64,000 bases of DNA from a bacterium (GCA_031441465.1 JANOEP010000013.1:1-64000), one strand, 5' to 3'. Positions 19,455 to 30,225 are shown, counted from the stretch's first letter. The notes: generated by a model not told the origin, from the letters alone. Numbers and translations are program-made.

Positions 19455-20326
19455 CGGACGACGACACCGGCGGCGCGGAACGCCAGGTAGTCCTGGATCA
19501 GCCCGTTGTACTTGTTGCAGAGCGCATCGTCGGCGAGCGCGTGGCGCACGTCGTCCGGCGTCGGGACGCGGTGCATCCCGGAGCTGACTCCCCGCAGGGC
19601 CTGCAGCACGCGCAGGTGTTCGGCGCGGGCGTCGGGATTGTCCGACACCACGATGTGGTGCTCGCCGAAACTGAACACGCCGTCCGGCGTCGCCGCCATC
19701 CACTCGATGAAGACCCGCATCGCGTCGTACTGGCGGTGGCGCAGCGCCTCCCGCGGCTCGATCCAGTGCGGCTCGTGCACGAAGTTCACGGTGATCTCGG
19801 GCAGGTCGCCCACGAACCGGCAGACCAGCGTCTCCCCCGGCACGTCCAGCGCCACCATCTCCATCACCGTGCCCATCGACTTCTCCAGCTCGGCGGCGAA
19901 GAGGCGCATGCCCTCTTCCTTGTCGTCCGCGGTCTGGTAGGCCGCCTCCGCCTCCTCGAGCATGAGCTGGACGGTGCGCAGGCGGTCGCTCATCGGCATG
20001 GGCAACCCATCGGCCGGGTCGGGCCGCATCATCGGCTCGAACGGCATCCCGGCCAGGAACAGGGTGTCCGAGCCGACGCCCGTGAACGTCCACGGCGGCG
20101 GGATGTGCGCGCCGTAGCCGACCAGCAGGGGTTGGTCGCCGCCGGCGACGGTGACCGTGCCGTCCTCGTTGATCGGGTAGGGGAAGAATTCGGCGCGGAA
20201 AAAGCGCCAGTAGACCACCAGGGTGACGATCAGCACGAGCTGAACGGCCGCCACCAGCAGAAAGACGCGCTTCCAGCTGAACTGCTGGGGATCGAACCGG
20301 GCATGATTCGTCATGGGGGATGTCAT
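19451..20326 (-). CDS. Hypothetical membrane-anchored protein
   Basis: Single N-terminal TM segment and protein-like composition; fits between neighbouring genes. Confidence 0.6.
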   Translation of the reverse strand: MTSPMTNHARFDPQQFSWKRVFLLVAAVQLVLIVTLVVYWRFFRAEFFPYPINEDGTVTVAGGDQPLLVGYGAHIPPPWTFTGVGSDTLFLAGMPFEPMMRPDPADGLPMPMSDRLRTVQLMLEEAEAAYQTADDKEEGMRLFAAELEKSMGTVMEMVALDVPGETLVCRFVGDLPEITVNFVHEPHWIEPREALRHRQYDAMRVFIEWMAATPDGVFSFGEHHIVVSDNPDARAEHLRVLQALRGVSSGMHRVPTPDDVRHALADDALCNKYNGLIQDYLAFRAAGVVVR

Positions 20327-20378
20327 CGGCCCGCATCGTCGCTGGTTGAGGGCGGACTGACGCGACGCGGCGGGATCA

Positions 20379-21758
20379 TCAGCGCAGTCGCACCAGCCGC
20401 AGGGGCGCGGATCCCCGGCGATCGCGCCGGACGGCGTAGTACACGCCGGCGGCCACGTCCCGGCCGTCCGCGTCCCGGCCGTCCCAGCGGCGGCTCAGGT
20501 CGGCTCCGTCGGGCACGAGCTCCAGCCGGCGCACGACACGGCCGCGGGCGTCCAGGATCGCAACTTCCACGGGAGACAAGACCGTCTTGCCGGCCGGGTC
20601 GCGGCCGACCAACGCCACGGTCGTCCCGCCTTCGAAAGGATTCGGCCAGCCGCGCAGCGTCGACGGGCGCGGCGGAGCCGCTCCCACTTCCGTCAGCGCG
20701 GGCAGACCCAGCAGGTAGTCCAGGACCCGCTGCTCGTGGCCGAGCATGGAATCCGGGACGTGACCGCCCTGCGGGTACACGTAGTAGGCGTACTGCGGCG
20801 CCGTGGCGCCTTTCCCGGTCATGACCGAGTCGGCCCGCGCGCTGTGCAGGATCGGCACGACGACGTCCAACTCGCCGTGGTGGATCTGCAGGGGAACCTC
20901 GGCGTGCAGGTGCGGCAGGACGCACCAGGAGATCAGCGAGTGCCGGGCCTGGGCCAGGGTGAGTTGTCCGGCCAGCCACGGCGCGGCGATCAGATCCGCC
21001 AGCTCGCGGCCGAGGGAGTCTTCAGTAGACCCGGTGTCGAGACGCTCTTGGGCGCTCAGGCGCACGTGGTCCATGAAGAAGTCCGTCGGGGCGTAGCGGA
21101 TCGCCGTACGCCGCACCCGCGGATCGCGCAAGGCCAAGTGGTAGGCCACGTTGCCGCCGCGGCTGCCGCCCAGCACCACGACGTAGCCGGGGTCCGCCTG
21201 CGGGATGTTCAGCAGCACGGCCGTCAGCAGCGCCATCGTGTCGTCGCAGTCGCGGTCGAAGGGCGACGGCTCGCCGCCGCTGATGCGCATGCCCAGCGGT
21301 TCACCGCCGTTGAGCGGCTCGGAGCGGAAGGTGGGCGCGACGATCAGGAAGCTGTCGGCCAGCGCCGTGCCCGGGAAGTCCTGGTCGAAGTTCACCAGGA
21401 AGTCGAGGGTCAGCCCGTCGAAGCCGCCGTGCAGCAGCACCAGGACCGGGAAGCGGCCCTGTGGCTGCCAGAGCCGCGGGAAACGCAGGCCGCCGTAATG
21501 GGTGAAGCCCTCGATCTCGTGGCTGACGGCCTGCACCGAGTAGCCCGTCGCGGGATCGACGCCCGTGCGCACGACATTCCAATTCGTGGGCGTGGGCAGG
21601 CGTCCGGCCCAATCCTGCCCCACCATCGCGATCTCCGCCGGGCTGGCCGGCGCGAACAGGGCGGACAGGTCGGTCTGGGCCATGGCGGCCGCGACGCTCA
21701 ACACAACTGCCAGAAAGACGAGCACCGGGGGCGCACGCCGCAAGATGATCGGACTCAT
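20379..21758 (-). CDS. Secreted alpha/beta hydrolase (S9-like) with FlgD-Ig type C-terminal domain
   Basis: Signal peptide, GGSRGG nucleophile elbow, HGELD, GGH; tail WPNPF...WDGRDADG...GVYY. Confidence 0.8.
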   Translation of the reverse strand: MSPIILRRAPPVLVFLAVVLSVAAAMAQTDLSALFAPASPAEIAMVGQDWAGRLPTPTNWNVVRTGVDPATGYSVQAVSHEIEGFTHYGGLRFPRLWQPQGRFPVLVLLHGGFDGLTLDFLVNFDQDFPGTALADSFLIVAPTFRSEPLNGGEPLGMRISGGEPSPFDRDCDDTMALLTAVLLNIPQADPGYVVVLGGSRGGNVAYHLALRDPRVRRTAIRYAPTDFFMDHVRLSAQERLDTGSTEDSLGRELADLIAAPWLAGQLTLAQARHSLISWCVLPHLHAEVPLQIHHGELDVVVPILHSARADSVMTGKGATAPQYAYYVYPQGGHVPDSMLGHEQRVLDYLLGLPALTEVGAAPPRPSTLRGWPNPFEGGTTVALVGRDPAGKTVLSPVEVAILDARGRVVRRLELVPDGADLSRRWDGRDADGRDVAAGVYYAVRRDRRGSAPLRLVRLR

Positions 21759-21867
21759 CGCATCTCCTCCGGGATAACGACAAGCAACGCCCGATCGTTG
21801 AAAACGTCAAACACGCGCGGTCCTGACCGGGCTTGCCCATGGCGCGGCGTACTGGTAGATTGCGGCC

Positions 21868-22620
21868 ATGAAAGACGAACGCGGCTCCCCACCCCTCTAT
21901 CCCCCGGCCGATCCGGCCCTGCTCGAACGCGCCGACTACGAGACGGAGCCGATCCAACGCGGGGAATACGTGACCGCCATGGTCCACCTCTACCGGGGCG
22001 AGATGCACCGCGCCCTGGAGTGGCGCAAGCGCCTGGACACCACCACGCACTGGGCCCTGGTCTCGACGGTCGGCATCCTGACCTTCAGCTTCAGCAACCC
22101 GAACTTTTCCCAGGAAACGCTCATCACCGGCATGTACGCCAACCTGATGTTCCTCTACCACGAGGCACGGCGCTTCCGGTTCTTCGACGTCTGGCGCTCG
22201 CGGGTCCGGATGATCGAGGAGAATTTCTACGGGCCGATCCTGCGCCGCGACCCGCACAGCCCGATGGAGGGCTGGGGCGACCAGGTGGCCGAGGACCTGC
22301 TGCACCCGAAGTTCAAGATCACGCGACTGCAGGCGATGCGGGCGCGCTTGAAGCGCAACTACATCTACCTCTTCGCCTTCATGCTGGTGGCCTGGATGGG
22401 TCGCGCCTGGGGTCAGCCCGCCGTCACCCAGCAGGATGGTCTGCCCGGCCTGTTCTCGATCGGGCTGCTGCCCTGGTGGGTGCCGGTCTCGCTGGTCATC
22501 GGCCTTTACGGCTTCCTGGCCGGCATCCTGGTCTTCACGCCCCACGTGAAGCCGGCCGAGGAAAGCTACTGGCCCGACCCCGAGCACTGCGGCGAGGACA
22601 TTCCCAGTCTCGACGTCTAG
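21868..22620 (+). CDS. DUF2270 family membrane protein
   Basis: HLYRGE, WRKRLDTTTHWA, EARRFRFFDVWR. Confidence 0.85.
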   Translation: MKDERGSPPLYPPADPALLERADYETEPIQRGEYVTAMVHLYRGEMHRALEWRKRLDTTTHWALVSTVGILTFSFSNPNFSQETLITGMYANLMFLYHEARRFRFFDVWRSRVRMIEENFYGPILRRDPHSPMEGWGDQVAEDLLHPKFKITRLQAMRARLKRNYIYLFAFMLVAWMGRAWGQPAVTQQDGLPGLFSIGLLPWWVPVSLVIGLYGFLAGILVFTPHVKPAEESYWPDPEHCGEDIPSLDV

Positions 22621-23015
22621 AGCGCGTCGTCCCGCGGCTGCAACAGGGCCATGTGGGCTCCCGCCGGATCGCAGATCACGCAAAACGTACCGTATTCGCC
22701 CAAGGATCGCGGTCCGGCGATCACCTTGCCGCCGCGGGCCGAGCAGGCCTTGAGGCTCGCCTCGAGATCGACGACCGTGACGTACGCCAGCCACCGCGGC
22801 GGCAATCCCGTGTTCGGGCCCCGCGCGTGGCAGATCCCGGCAACCACCCCGCCGTCCCGGTTGAGCATCAGGAAGTCGTCGTAGTCGCCCATCGGCACCA
22901 GCTCGAAGCCCCAGCCCGCAACCTCGCCGTAGAAATCCCGCAGGCCCTCGGCGTCCTCGACCGTCAGGTCGAACCAGCCCACCGTGCCGATCGGCATGTT
23001 CTTCTCGTCACTCAT
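22617..23015 (-). CDS. VOC / glyoxalase family protein
   Basis: GTVGWFDLTV, GICHARG, WLAYVTV, DPAGA. Confidence 0.85.
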   Translation of the reverse strand: MSDEKNMPIGTVGWFDLTVEDAEGLRDFYGEVAGWGFELVPMGDYDDFLMLNRDGGVVAGICHARGPNTGLPPRWLAYVTVVDLEASLKACSARGGKVIAGPRSLGEYGTFCVICDPAGAHMALLQPRDDAL

Positions 23016-23020
23016 GTCGC

Positions 23021-23875
23021 TCACCCTTCGTCGGGAAACAGGGTCAGGGGGCCGGCCGGTGCGTCCGCCGGGGCGACGGTGGCGACGGCGCCGGGCTTGG
23101 CCGGGAAACGGCCGACGAGCGCGTCGCTCAGGATCGTGCGCACCTCGTCGCTGAAGTCGTTGCCCAGCATCCAGCTCAGGTAACCGGGGGTCGCGCGGGC
23201 GATCTCCTCGAGCGGCTTGCCCTGATGCTTGCCGAAGGTGAAGCAGGCCCGGCCGTGGTCGTCCCACTCGAACTTGCGCGAGCGGTCGACGAAGCGGCCC
23301 TCGTTGGGGTTGCTGAGGCGGTGCAGGTCGTCGACGTCGCCGTTCAGCTCGTCGTAGCAGGCGACCATGGCGTCGAGCACCTCGAGCGTCGCCTCGACGT
23401 CGGCCAGCGCGGCGTGGGCCGCGGTCAGGTCCTTGCCGCAGTACTTACGGTAGGCCGCGGTCAGGTTGCGCGGCTCCATGGCGTGGAAGATGCGCATGGC
23501 GTCGAGGTGGCGCCGGCCCGCGAGTTCGATCGGCGACCCCACGCGGCGCAGTTCCGTTTCCAGCAGGGGCGCGTCGAAACCGATCGAGTTGAAGCCGCAG
23601 AGGTCGGCCCCCTCGAAGAGCGCGACGATCTCGGCGGCGACGGCGGCCAGGGTCGGCGCGTCGCGCACATCGTCGTCGGAGATCCCGTGGACGGCGGTCG
23701 CCGGCGGCGGGATGGGCATCTCGGGGTTGACCAGGGTGCGGTAGCTGCGGCGCGATCCGCCCGGCTCCACGCGCACCAGCCCGATCTCCACGATGCGGTC
23801 GCGGTCGGGGCTGGTGCCGGTCGTCTCGAGGTCGAAGCAGACCAGGGGGCGCTGCAGGTCCAGGTTCTTGAGCAT
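23021..23875 (-). CDS. DEDDh 3'-5' exonuclease (DnaQ-like)
   Basis: FDLETTG, GFNSIGFD, AHAALAD, C-terminal FGKHQG; AAGGAG RBS. Confidence 0.9.
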   Translation of the reverse strand: MLKNLDLQRPLVCFDLETTGTSPDRDRIVEIGLVRVEPGGSRRSYRTLVNPEMPIPPPATAVHGISDDDVRDAPTLAAVAAEIVALFEGADLCGFNSIGFDAPLLETELRRVGSPIELAGRRHLDAMRIFHAMEPRNLTAAYRKYCGKDLTAAHAALADVEATLEVLDAMVACYDELNGDVDDLHRLSNPNEGRFVDRSRKFEWDDHGRACFTFGKHQGKPLEEIARATPGYLSWMLGNDFSDEVRTILSDALVGRFPAKPGAVATVAPADAPAGPLTLFPDEG

Positions 23876-24037
23876 GGGTCTCCTTGGCGTTCGTTCCCCG
23901 GCCGGACATCGGGCGCGGGAACGCCGGCACAGATTGCCACAGCCGGACGTCCGCTGCCAATGCCGAACGGCGCTGCCGGGCAAGAAGAAGGCCCCGGCCT
24001 GCAAGCCGGAGCCTCTCCCCAATCATCGCGGTTTCCC

Positions 24038-25111
24038 TCACACGTGAGCGAACACCGGCACCTTCTCGATCCACTCGGGGTGCAGGTCGCTGGTCCCGGC
24101 GTGGATCGCGCACAGGGCCTCGCGCAAACGGCGCGTGACAGGCCCTTCCTGGCCGTCGGCCACCTGGTGGTCCTGGCCTCGGAAGCTGAGCGAGCCGATG
24201 GAGGTGACGACGGCCGCGGTGCCGCAGGCGAAGGCCTCCAGCAGCTTGCCGCTGTCGGCGTCGGCGCAGAGGTCCCGGATCAGCGGCGGCATCTCGGTCC
24301 AGTTCAGGCCGAAATCGCGGCAGAGGACGCCGACCGAGTCGCGGGTCACGCCGTTCAGGATGGTGTCGCCGATGGCGGCGGTGATCACCTTGTCGGCGTA
24401 GACGAAGGCGATGTTCATCGCCCCCATCTCCTCGACCGACGACATCGTGCGCGCGTCCAGCCAGACGATCTGGTCGAACCCCTCCTGCTGCGCGAGCTTG
24501 ATCGGCAGCAGGGCGGCCCCGTAGTTGCCGCCGGTCTTGGCCCCGCCGACGCCGCCGGGCGCCGAGCGCACGTAGGTGTCCTCGGCCTTGACCCGCAACG
24601 GCTTGCTGCCGCCGGCGAAGTAGCTGCCGACCGGGCCGATGATGATGTAGAACAGGTACTCGGTGCTCGCCTTGACGCCCAGCCCGCGCTGGGTCGAGAT
24701 CATCGTCGGGCGGATGTAGAGCGCGTCGGGCGATTGCGGCACCCAGTCGCGGTCCAGGTCGATCAGCCGCTTGAGGGCCTCCATGAAGAGCTTGGCGTCG
24801 ACCCGCGGCATGCACATCCGGTCGCAGGAGCGGCCGAAGCGGGCGATGTTCATGTCCGGCCGGAACATGTGGACCGAGCCGTCCACGGGATGGGCGTAGG
24901 CCTTCATCCCCTCGAAGATCTCCTGCCCGTAGTGGAGCACCTTGGCCGCGGGGTCGAGCACGATGTCGTGGTACGGGACGATGACCGGTCTTCCCCAGGC
25001 TCCGTCCCGGAACGGCATCTCGAACATGTGCGGGGTGAAGATGCTGCCGAAACCGAAATCGCCGCGCGGGGGCGCCGGCGGGTTCGGATGACGGGTGACC
25101 CGGATCTCCAT
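24038..25111 (-). CDS. ilvE: Branched-chain amino acid aminotransferase
   Basis: LHYGQEIFEGMKAY, YIRP, KTGGNY, EEMGAMN, ILNGVTR, CGTAA. Confidence 0.93.
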   Translation of the reverse strand: MEIRVTRHPNPPAPPRGDFGFGSIFTPHMFEMPFRDGAWGRPVIVPYHDIVLDPAAKVLHYGQEIFEGMKAYAHPVDGSVHMFRPDMNIARFGRSCDRMCMPRVDAKLFMEALKRLIDLDRDWVPQSPDALYIRPTMISTQRGLGVKASTEYLFYIIIGPVGSYFAGGSKPLRVKAEDTYVRSAPGGVGGAKTGGNYGAALLPIKLAQQEGFDQIVWLDARTMSSVEEMGAMNIAFVYADKVITAAIGDTILNGVTRDSVGVLCRDFGLNWTEMPPLIRDLCADADSGKLLEAFACGTAAVVTSIGSLSFRGQDHQVADGQEGPVTRRLREALCAIHAGTSDLHPEWIEKVPVFAHV

Positions 25112-25270
25112 GGGTGCCTCCTCGGCGGATTCGAAATCCACGGACGGGACGATCGTGGGACGGTCCTGACCCGCCAATCGTCGCCCATCAGCGGAAAAAA
25201 ATCAAGGGGGGTGGCGCCCGATACCGGGCCGTTGTCGTATGCATTTTCAACGGGTTGGGAGCGAGGCGGG

Positions 25271-26584
25271 TCAGGCGCGATCCTGCCGTGTCGCGAGGGT
25301 GCCGCCTTCGCCGGACTCCGCGGGGAACGCCTCCGGGAGCTTCCCGGCCCGCGCACCATCCGCGGAATCGGCGGGGGCGGGTTCTTCGGACTGCGGAGCC
25401 CGCAGGGCGCCGGCCAACCCAAACACGATCTCGGCGATCGCCGCGACCACCAGCACCTGCCCGGCTCCCCACAGGGAAGCCAGGGTCGGGCCGGCCAGGA
25501 CCGACAGCAGGGTCACCGGTCCGAGCAGCGGGCCCAGCCAGCCGAAGATGCGGCCGCGGCGCTCCGGTGGTGTTTCCCGTTGCAGGAAGGTGGCGAGGTT
25601 GATCTGGATGCCGGTGCTGATCGCCCCGAACAGGGCGAACAGGACCAGCGCCCCGGCGAAGCTGCGGTTCACGGCGAACAGCCCCAGCAACAGGCCGTCC
25701 AGCGCCACCAGCAGGCCGACCGCCCGCAGGGGCCGGCGCGTGCCGCGGGTCAGCACGCCGGCGGCGGCGCCCAGCAGACCTCCCAAGCCGGCGGTGGCGA
25801 AGATCAGGCCCAGGTCCCCCTCGCTGCGCCCCAGCATCCGCGTGACGAACTCGTAGACCAGCGGCGGTTGCATGGCCGTGACCATCGTCACCAGACCCAG
25901 GAACAGCACCGCGAAGCGCAGGGACGGCCGCCCCCACAGCCAAACCACCCCCTGACGCACGTCGTGCCACTTCTCGGCGGGTCGCTCCGGGACGGCGGAC
26001 TCCGGCAGGCGCCGCTCGACCGTGAGGTAACGGAAGGGCCGGACCGCCAGGATCGCGGCCGAGATCAGGAACGTGGCGCCGTCGACCAGGAACGCCGGCA
26101 TGACGCCCAGCGTGTGGACGATCAGGCCGCCCGCCGCCATGCCCACCAGCAGCATCGCGTTCTGCGAGATCATGAACAGGGCGTTCGAGTGCCCGAGTTG
26201 CTCGGACGGGACGAGGTCCGGCAGCAGGGCCATGCGAGCCGGCCCGGTCAGGTTGCGCCCGGCGGCCAGCAGGGACGCCAGCAGGTAAACCTGCCACAGT
26301 TCGGGCACGAAGGGGATGATGCAGACCACCGCCGTGGAGAACAGGTCGCTGGCGATCATCATGCCGCGACGACTCCAGCGGTCGACCATGACGCCCGCGA
26401 AGGGCCCCAGCAAGACGCCGGGCAACACCTGGACGGCGGCCAGCAGGCCCAGGCTCGCCACGTTGCCGGTGCGGTGGTAGACGAGGGAGAAGAACGCCAG
26501 GATCGCGATCTTGTCGCCGAGGCCGCTGACGAACGACGCGGCCCAGACCGCCAGGAAGCTGCGGTTGGCGAACAATGGTCTCAA
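25271..26584 (-). CDS. MFS transporter (DHA3-like)
   Basis: About 12 TM segments; motif A GVMVDRWSRR. Confidence 0.9.
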   Translation of the reverse strand: MRPLFANRSFLAVWAASFVSGLGDKIAILAFFSLVYHRTGNVASLGLLAAVQVLPGVLLGPFAGVMVDRWSRRGMMIASDLFSTAVVCIIPFVPELWQVYLLASLLAAGRNLTGPARMALLPDLVPSEQLGHSNALFMISQNAMLLVGMAAGGLIVHTLGVMPAFLVDGATFLISAAILAVRPFRYLTVERRLPESAVPERPAEKWHDVRQGVVWLWGRPSLRFAVLFLGLVTMVTAMQPPLVYEFVTRMLGRSEGDLGLIFATAGLGGLLGAAAGVLTRGTRRPLRAVGLLVALDGLLLGLFAVNRSFAGALVLFALFGAISTGIQINLATFLQRETPPERRGRIFGWLGPLLGPVTLLSVLAGPTLASLWGAGQVLVVAAIAEIVFGLAGALRAPQSEEPAPADSADGARAGKLPEAFPAESGEGGTLATRQDRA

Positions 26585-26695
26585 CGGACTCCGTCCCTTC
26601 GCGGCCGGGATCCTTCCCGGCTTGGGGGTCGAGCAGGTCGCGTGGGTGATGTTAGCCGCGACCGGACGGCGTCGGCAAGCGCGGATTGGCCGGGA

Positions 26696-27856
26696 TCAGC
26701 CCAGTTCGGCCCGCAACGCCGCCACCAGACGGTCGACGTCCCCGGTCGTGTTGTAGCCGTGGATCGAGATGCGCAGCCAGTCGCGGTTCGCGAAACGCGT
26801 GACCGGCACCTCGATCAGGTGGTCGCGCCGCAGGGCGAGTTGCAGGGCCGTCGCGTCGACGCCCGCGGGCAGCGGCACGGCCGCCATCTGCAGCAGCCAG
26901 GGATCGGGTGGGCAGGGCGCCGGCAGGTGGACGACGTCCAGCAGCCGCGCGCGCGACTCCAGCAGCAGCTCGCGGCAGCTCGCCCGCACCCGCGGCCAGT
27001 CGTGCTCGGCGAAAAAATCCAGCGCGGCCGGCACCGCCAGGTAAGCCGACACGTCGCGCGTGCCGATCCACTCCTGCTCGTCGATGAAGCGACTCGGGCC
27101 CGGATTTTCGTCGCGCCAGCCCCAGCTCACGGCCAGGGGTTCGATCAGGTCCTGCCGATCCTCGCGCACATAGAGCAGCGCCGCGCCCTTGGGCGACATC
27201 AGCCACTTGTGGCAATTGCCGACGTAGACGTCGGCGCCGAGGGCGTGCAGATCCAGGTCCAGCTGACCGGGCCCATGGGCGCCGTCGACGATCGTGAAGA
27301 TCCCGCGCGCCCGCGCCCGCGCCACCAGCTCCTCCACGGGCAGGCGCACGCCGCTGGTCGAGGAGATCTGGCTGACGAAGAGCACGCGCGTGCGCCCGCT
27401 CACCCCGCCCCACACCGCTTCGACGACCGCCTGCGGGTCGCCCAGCGGCAACGGCAACACCCGCGGCACGTGCACCGCGCCGGTCTTCCCGCAGACGAAG
27501 GCCCAGGTGCGGTCCATGGCGCCGTACTCGTGGTCGGTCGAGAGGATCTCGTCGCCGGGGCGCAGGTCCAGGGAGCGGGCCACGATGTTCAGACCGGTGG
27601 TGGTGTTCGGAACGAACACGATCTCGTCGCGGTCGGCGCCCACGAAGGCGGCCAGCCGGGCTCGCGCGGCGGCCAGGCGGTCGGGCAGGGTGCGCTCACG
27701 GGCCAGGAAGTCGACCGGCTCGGCTTCGAGTTCCCGTTGCAGGTTCTGGTAGACGTCGAACACGGGCCGGGGGCAGGCCCCGAAGGAGCCGTGGTTCAGG
27801 AAGACGACGTCGTCGCGCAGCAGGAACAGGCGGCGCAGTGCGAGGGCGGTAGTCAT
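26696..27856 (-). CDS. Class V PLP enzyme (isopenicillin N epimerase / C-S lyase-like)
   Basis: FLNHGSFG, DGAH, GNCHKW, GTRD. Confidence 0.88.
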   Translation of the reverse strand: MTTALALRRLFLLRDDVVFLNHGSFGACPRPVFDVYQNLQRELEAEPVDFLARERTLPDRLAAARARLAAFVGADRDEIVFVPNTTTGLNIVARSLDLRPGDEILSTDHEYGAMDRTWAFVCGKTGAVHVPRVLPLPLGDPQAVVEAVWGGVSGRTRVLFVSQISSTSGVRLPVEELVARARARGIFTIVDGAHGPGQLDLDLHALGADVYVGNCHKWLMSPKGAALLYVREDRQDLIEPLAVSWGWRDENPGPSRFIDEQEWIGTRDVSAYLAVPAALDFFAEHDWPRVRASCRELLLESRARLLDVVHLPAPCPPDPWLLQMAAVPLPAGVDATALQLALRRDHLIEVPVTRFANRDWLRISIHGYNTTGDVDRLVAALRAELG

Positions 27857-27860
27857 CCGA

Positions 27861-29261
27861 TCACTTTCCTTCGATCACCTTCACCCCGCTGTCGCGGCCC
27901 AGCAGGCGGCTCAGTTCCTCGTCCTTCAGCCGCACCGCCAGGCGCACGCCGTGCTCGCCGTGCTCCTCCTCCAGCACCGAACCGGTGCGGTGGAAGACCG
28001 CCACCAGGTCCATCCGCGTGTACGGCACCTCCAGGCGCACGACCCGCTCGCCCGCCAGCAGGCGGGCCTCGACGGCCTCGCGCACGGCGGCGCAGCCGGC
28101 GGGGTCCAGCGCGGAGACGAACAGGGCGCCCTCGTAGCGCCGCCCGTACTGGTTGCGCAGGGTCTCGGCGAGTTCGGCGGGCACGCGGTCCATCTTGTTG
28201 AAAACCATCATGGTCGGCAGCCCGTCGGGCGCGAGTTCCCCGAGCACCTCGTCCACCGCGGCGATCGGGTGCTCGGGGTCGGGGTGCGAGGCGTCGACCA
28301 CATGCAGCAGCAGATCGCTCTCGGCCACCTCCTGCAACGTGGCCCGGAACGACTCGACCAGGTGGTGGGGCAGCCGCCGGATGAAGCCGACGGTGTCCGA
28401 CAGCAGGAACTGGCGCCGCTCGTCGATCTCCACGCGGCGGGTCGTGGCGTCCAGGGTGGCGAACAGCTTGTCCTCCACCAGGACGTCGGCCCCGGTGATC
28501 CCGCGCATCAGGGTGGACTTGCCGGCGTTGGTGTAGCCGACCAGCGAGACCGCGAACTGCTCGCGGCGGCGGCGCGTCTGCACCTCGCGCGCCTCGTCGA
28601 TCGCGATCAGTTCCTTCTTGAGATGGGCCATCCGCATCTGGATCAGGCGGCGGTCGGTCTCGAGCTGCGTCTCGCCGGGCCCGCGCGTCCCGATGCCACC
28701 GGCCTGCCGTTCGAGGTGCGACCACAACTTGACCAGGCGCGGCAGCTGGTACTGCAGCTGCGCCATCTCGACCTGCAGCCGCGCCTGCCGGGTGCGCGCG
28801 TGCATCGCGAAGATGTCCAGGATCAGCTCGGTGCGGTCGATGACCGAGATGTCGATCTTCTTGTCGGCGACGTTGCGGGCCCGGGTCTTCCTGACCGGCA
28901 TCCCATCGGGGCCGAGCTCGGGCTCCTCCCACTTCTTCTTCTTGTCCTCTTTGTCCTGCTTGCCGCTCAGTTCCTTGGTGAGGTTGCGCCCCTGGCCCGG
29001 CGACAGCTCGTTGTCGAAGACCACCAGGTTGGCGCCGGTCGCCACGACCACGGCGCGCAGCTCCTCGAGCTTGCCCTTGCCGATGAAGGTGCGCGCCTCC
29101 GGCTTCTCCCGCTTCTGGTGGACGGAACCGACGATCAGCCCGCCGGCCGTGTCGACCAGCAGACCCAGCTCGTGCAGGTCGGCGGGGCCGCCGATGGCTT
29201 TCCGGTAGTGATCGGGCAGGTCGACCCCCACCAGCACGACGCGCTGGCGGGTGTCGGGCAC
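27861..29261 (-). CDS. hflX: Ribosome-splitting GTPase HflX
   Basis: GPGETQLETDRR, GYTNAGKS, LFATLD, DTVGF, NKMD. Confidence 0.95.
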   Translation of the reverse strand: MPDTRQRVVLVGVDLPDHYRKAIGGPADLHELGLLVDTAGGLIVGSVHQKREKPEARTFIGKGKLEELRAVVVATGANLVVFDNELSPGQGRNLTKELSGKQDKEDKKKKWEEPELGPDGMPVRKTRARNVADKKIDISVIDRTELILDIFAMHARTRQARLQVEMAQLQYQLPRLVKLWSHLERQAGGIGTRGPGETQLETDRRLIQMRMAHLKKELIAIDEAREVQTRRRREQFAVSLVGYTNAGKSTLMRGITGADVLVEDKLFATLDATTRRVEIDERRQFLLSDTVGFIRRLPHHLVESFRATLQEVAESDLLLHVVDASHPDPEHPIAAVDEVLGELAPDGLPTMMVFNKMDRVPAELAETLRNQYGRRYEGALFVSALDPAGCAAVREAVEARLLAGERVVRLEVPYTRMDLVAVFHRTGSVLEEEHGEHGVRLAVRLKDEELSRLLGRDSGVKVIEGK

Positions 29262-29395
29262 GGATCCGTCGGGAGTGGGGGCGTGGTTCTCGTTCAGGGG
29301 GGGCCTCCGGGTCGGATAACTCGACGTGGTGCGCTATCCCCACAATCGTTGCCTGGCGGCAATTCGTCCAGGGGGCATCTGCGGCGAGCCGCCGC

Positions 29396-30100
29396 TCAGC
29401 GCCGGATCCCGGCCACGATCTCCCGCAGCCACCCATGCAGCGGGCTCATGGCCTTGTAGTGCGCCCGGCAAAAGTCGAGCAACTCGCGCGAGTGCAGCTC
29501 GGGCGGGACCGGACCGTCGTGGCGCAGCCAGATGCTGTCGTGCTTGAGCAGTTCGACCCGCGGATGATCCGCGGCGAATCCGGCCGGCACCCGCTTGTAG
29601 TGTTGCCCGCCCAGCTCGTACCCCTTGCGCTCGATCCTCGCGGTCAGCTTGGCCAGCGCGGCGCCGCGCAACGGATCGGCGACCGCCGCCCGCCATGCCG
29701 CCAGCTCCTCCTTGTCGAAGACGTACTTACCGACGTAGAGCTGCAGCCGCGGCGGTTCGAGGTGGAAGTAGAAGCCGGGCCCCCACTTGCGCTCCCCTTC
29801 CCAGAAGAAGACACCCAGGTGCGTCTTGTAGGGGGACTTGTCCTTGCTGAAGCGGATGTCGCGGTGGATCCGGAAGATCGACCCCGACCCGTCGGTGCGG
29901 GGGTCGTAGTGGATTTCCGGCGCCAAGCGCCGCAGCCGCACGCCCATCTCCACGACAAAGGCGCGCGCCGGGTCGAGCACGGTCTCCTGGTAGAGGGGCT
30001 TGTGCGCCAGGAACCAGTCGCGGTCGTTGTGGCGCGCCAGGTCCTCAAAGAAGCGGACGGCAGCCGGCGGGAAACCCGAGAAGTGGTACTGCTCGATCAT
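29396..30100 (-). CDS. DUF2461 family protein
   Basis: HNDRDWF, FRIHRDIRFSKDKSPYK, GFYFH. Confidence 0.9.
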   Translation of the reverse strand: MIEQYHFSGFPPAAVRFFEDLARHNDRDWFLAHKPLYQETVLDPARAFVVEMGVRLRRLAPEIHYDPRTDGSGSIFRIHRDIRFSKDKSPYKTHLGVFFWEGERKWGPGFYFHLEPPRLQLYVGKYVFDKEELAAWRAAVADPLRGAALAKLTARIERKGYELGGQHYKRVPAGFAADHPRVELLKHDSIWLRHDGPVPPELHSRELLDFCRAHYKAMSPLHGWLREIVAGIRR

Positions 30101-30225
30101 CAGGAAGACCTCCCAGGAGTGCCCTGCCGCTCATGAATTTGCACTCTGATGCCGTCCATCTCTGATGTCAGGGATCACCATGCCCAAACCTCAAACGACC
30201 CCACGCGCCGCCAGACCGTTGGCCG

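Noticed and set aside
23225..28201. 1658-aa plus-strand ORF
   Set aside because: Antisense shadow of several well-supported minus-strand genes; expected in high-GC DNA.
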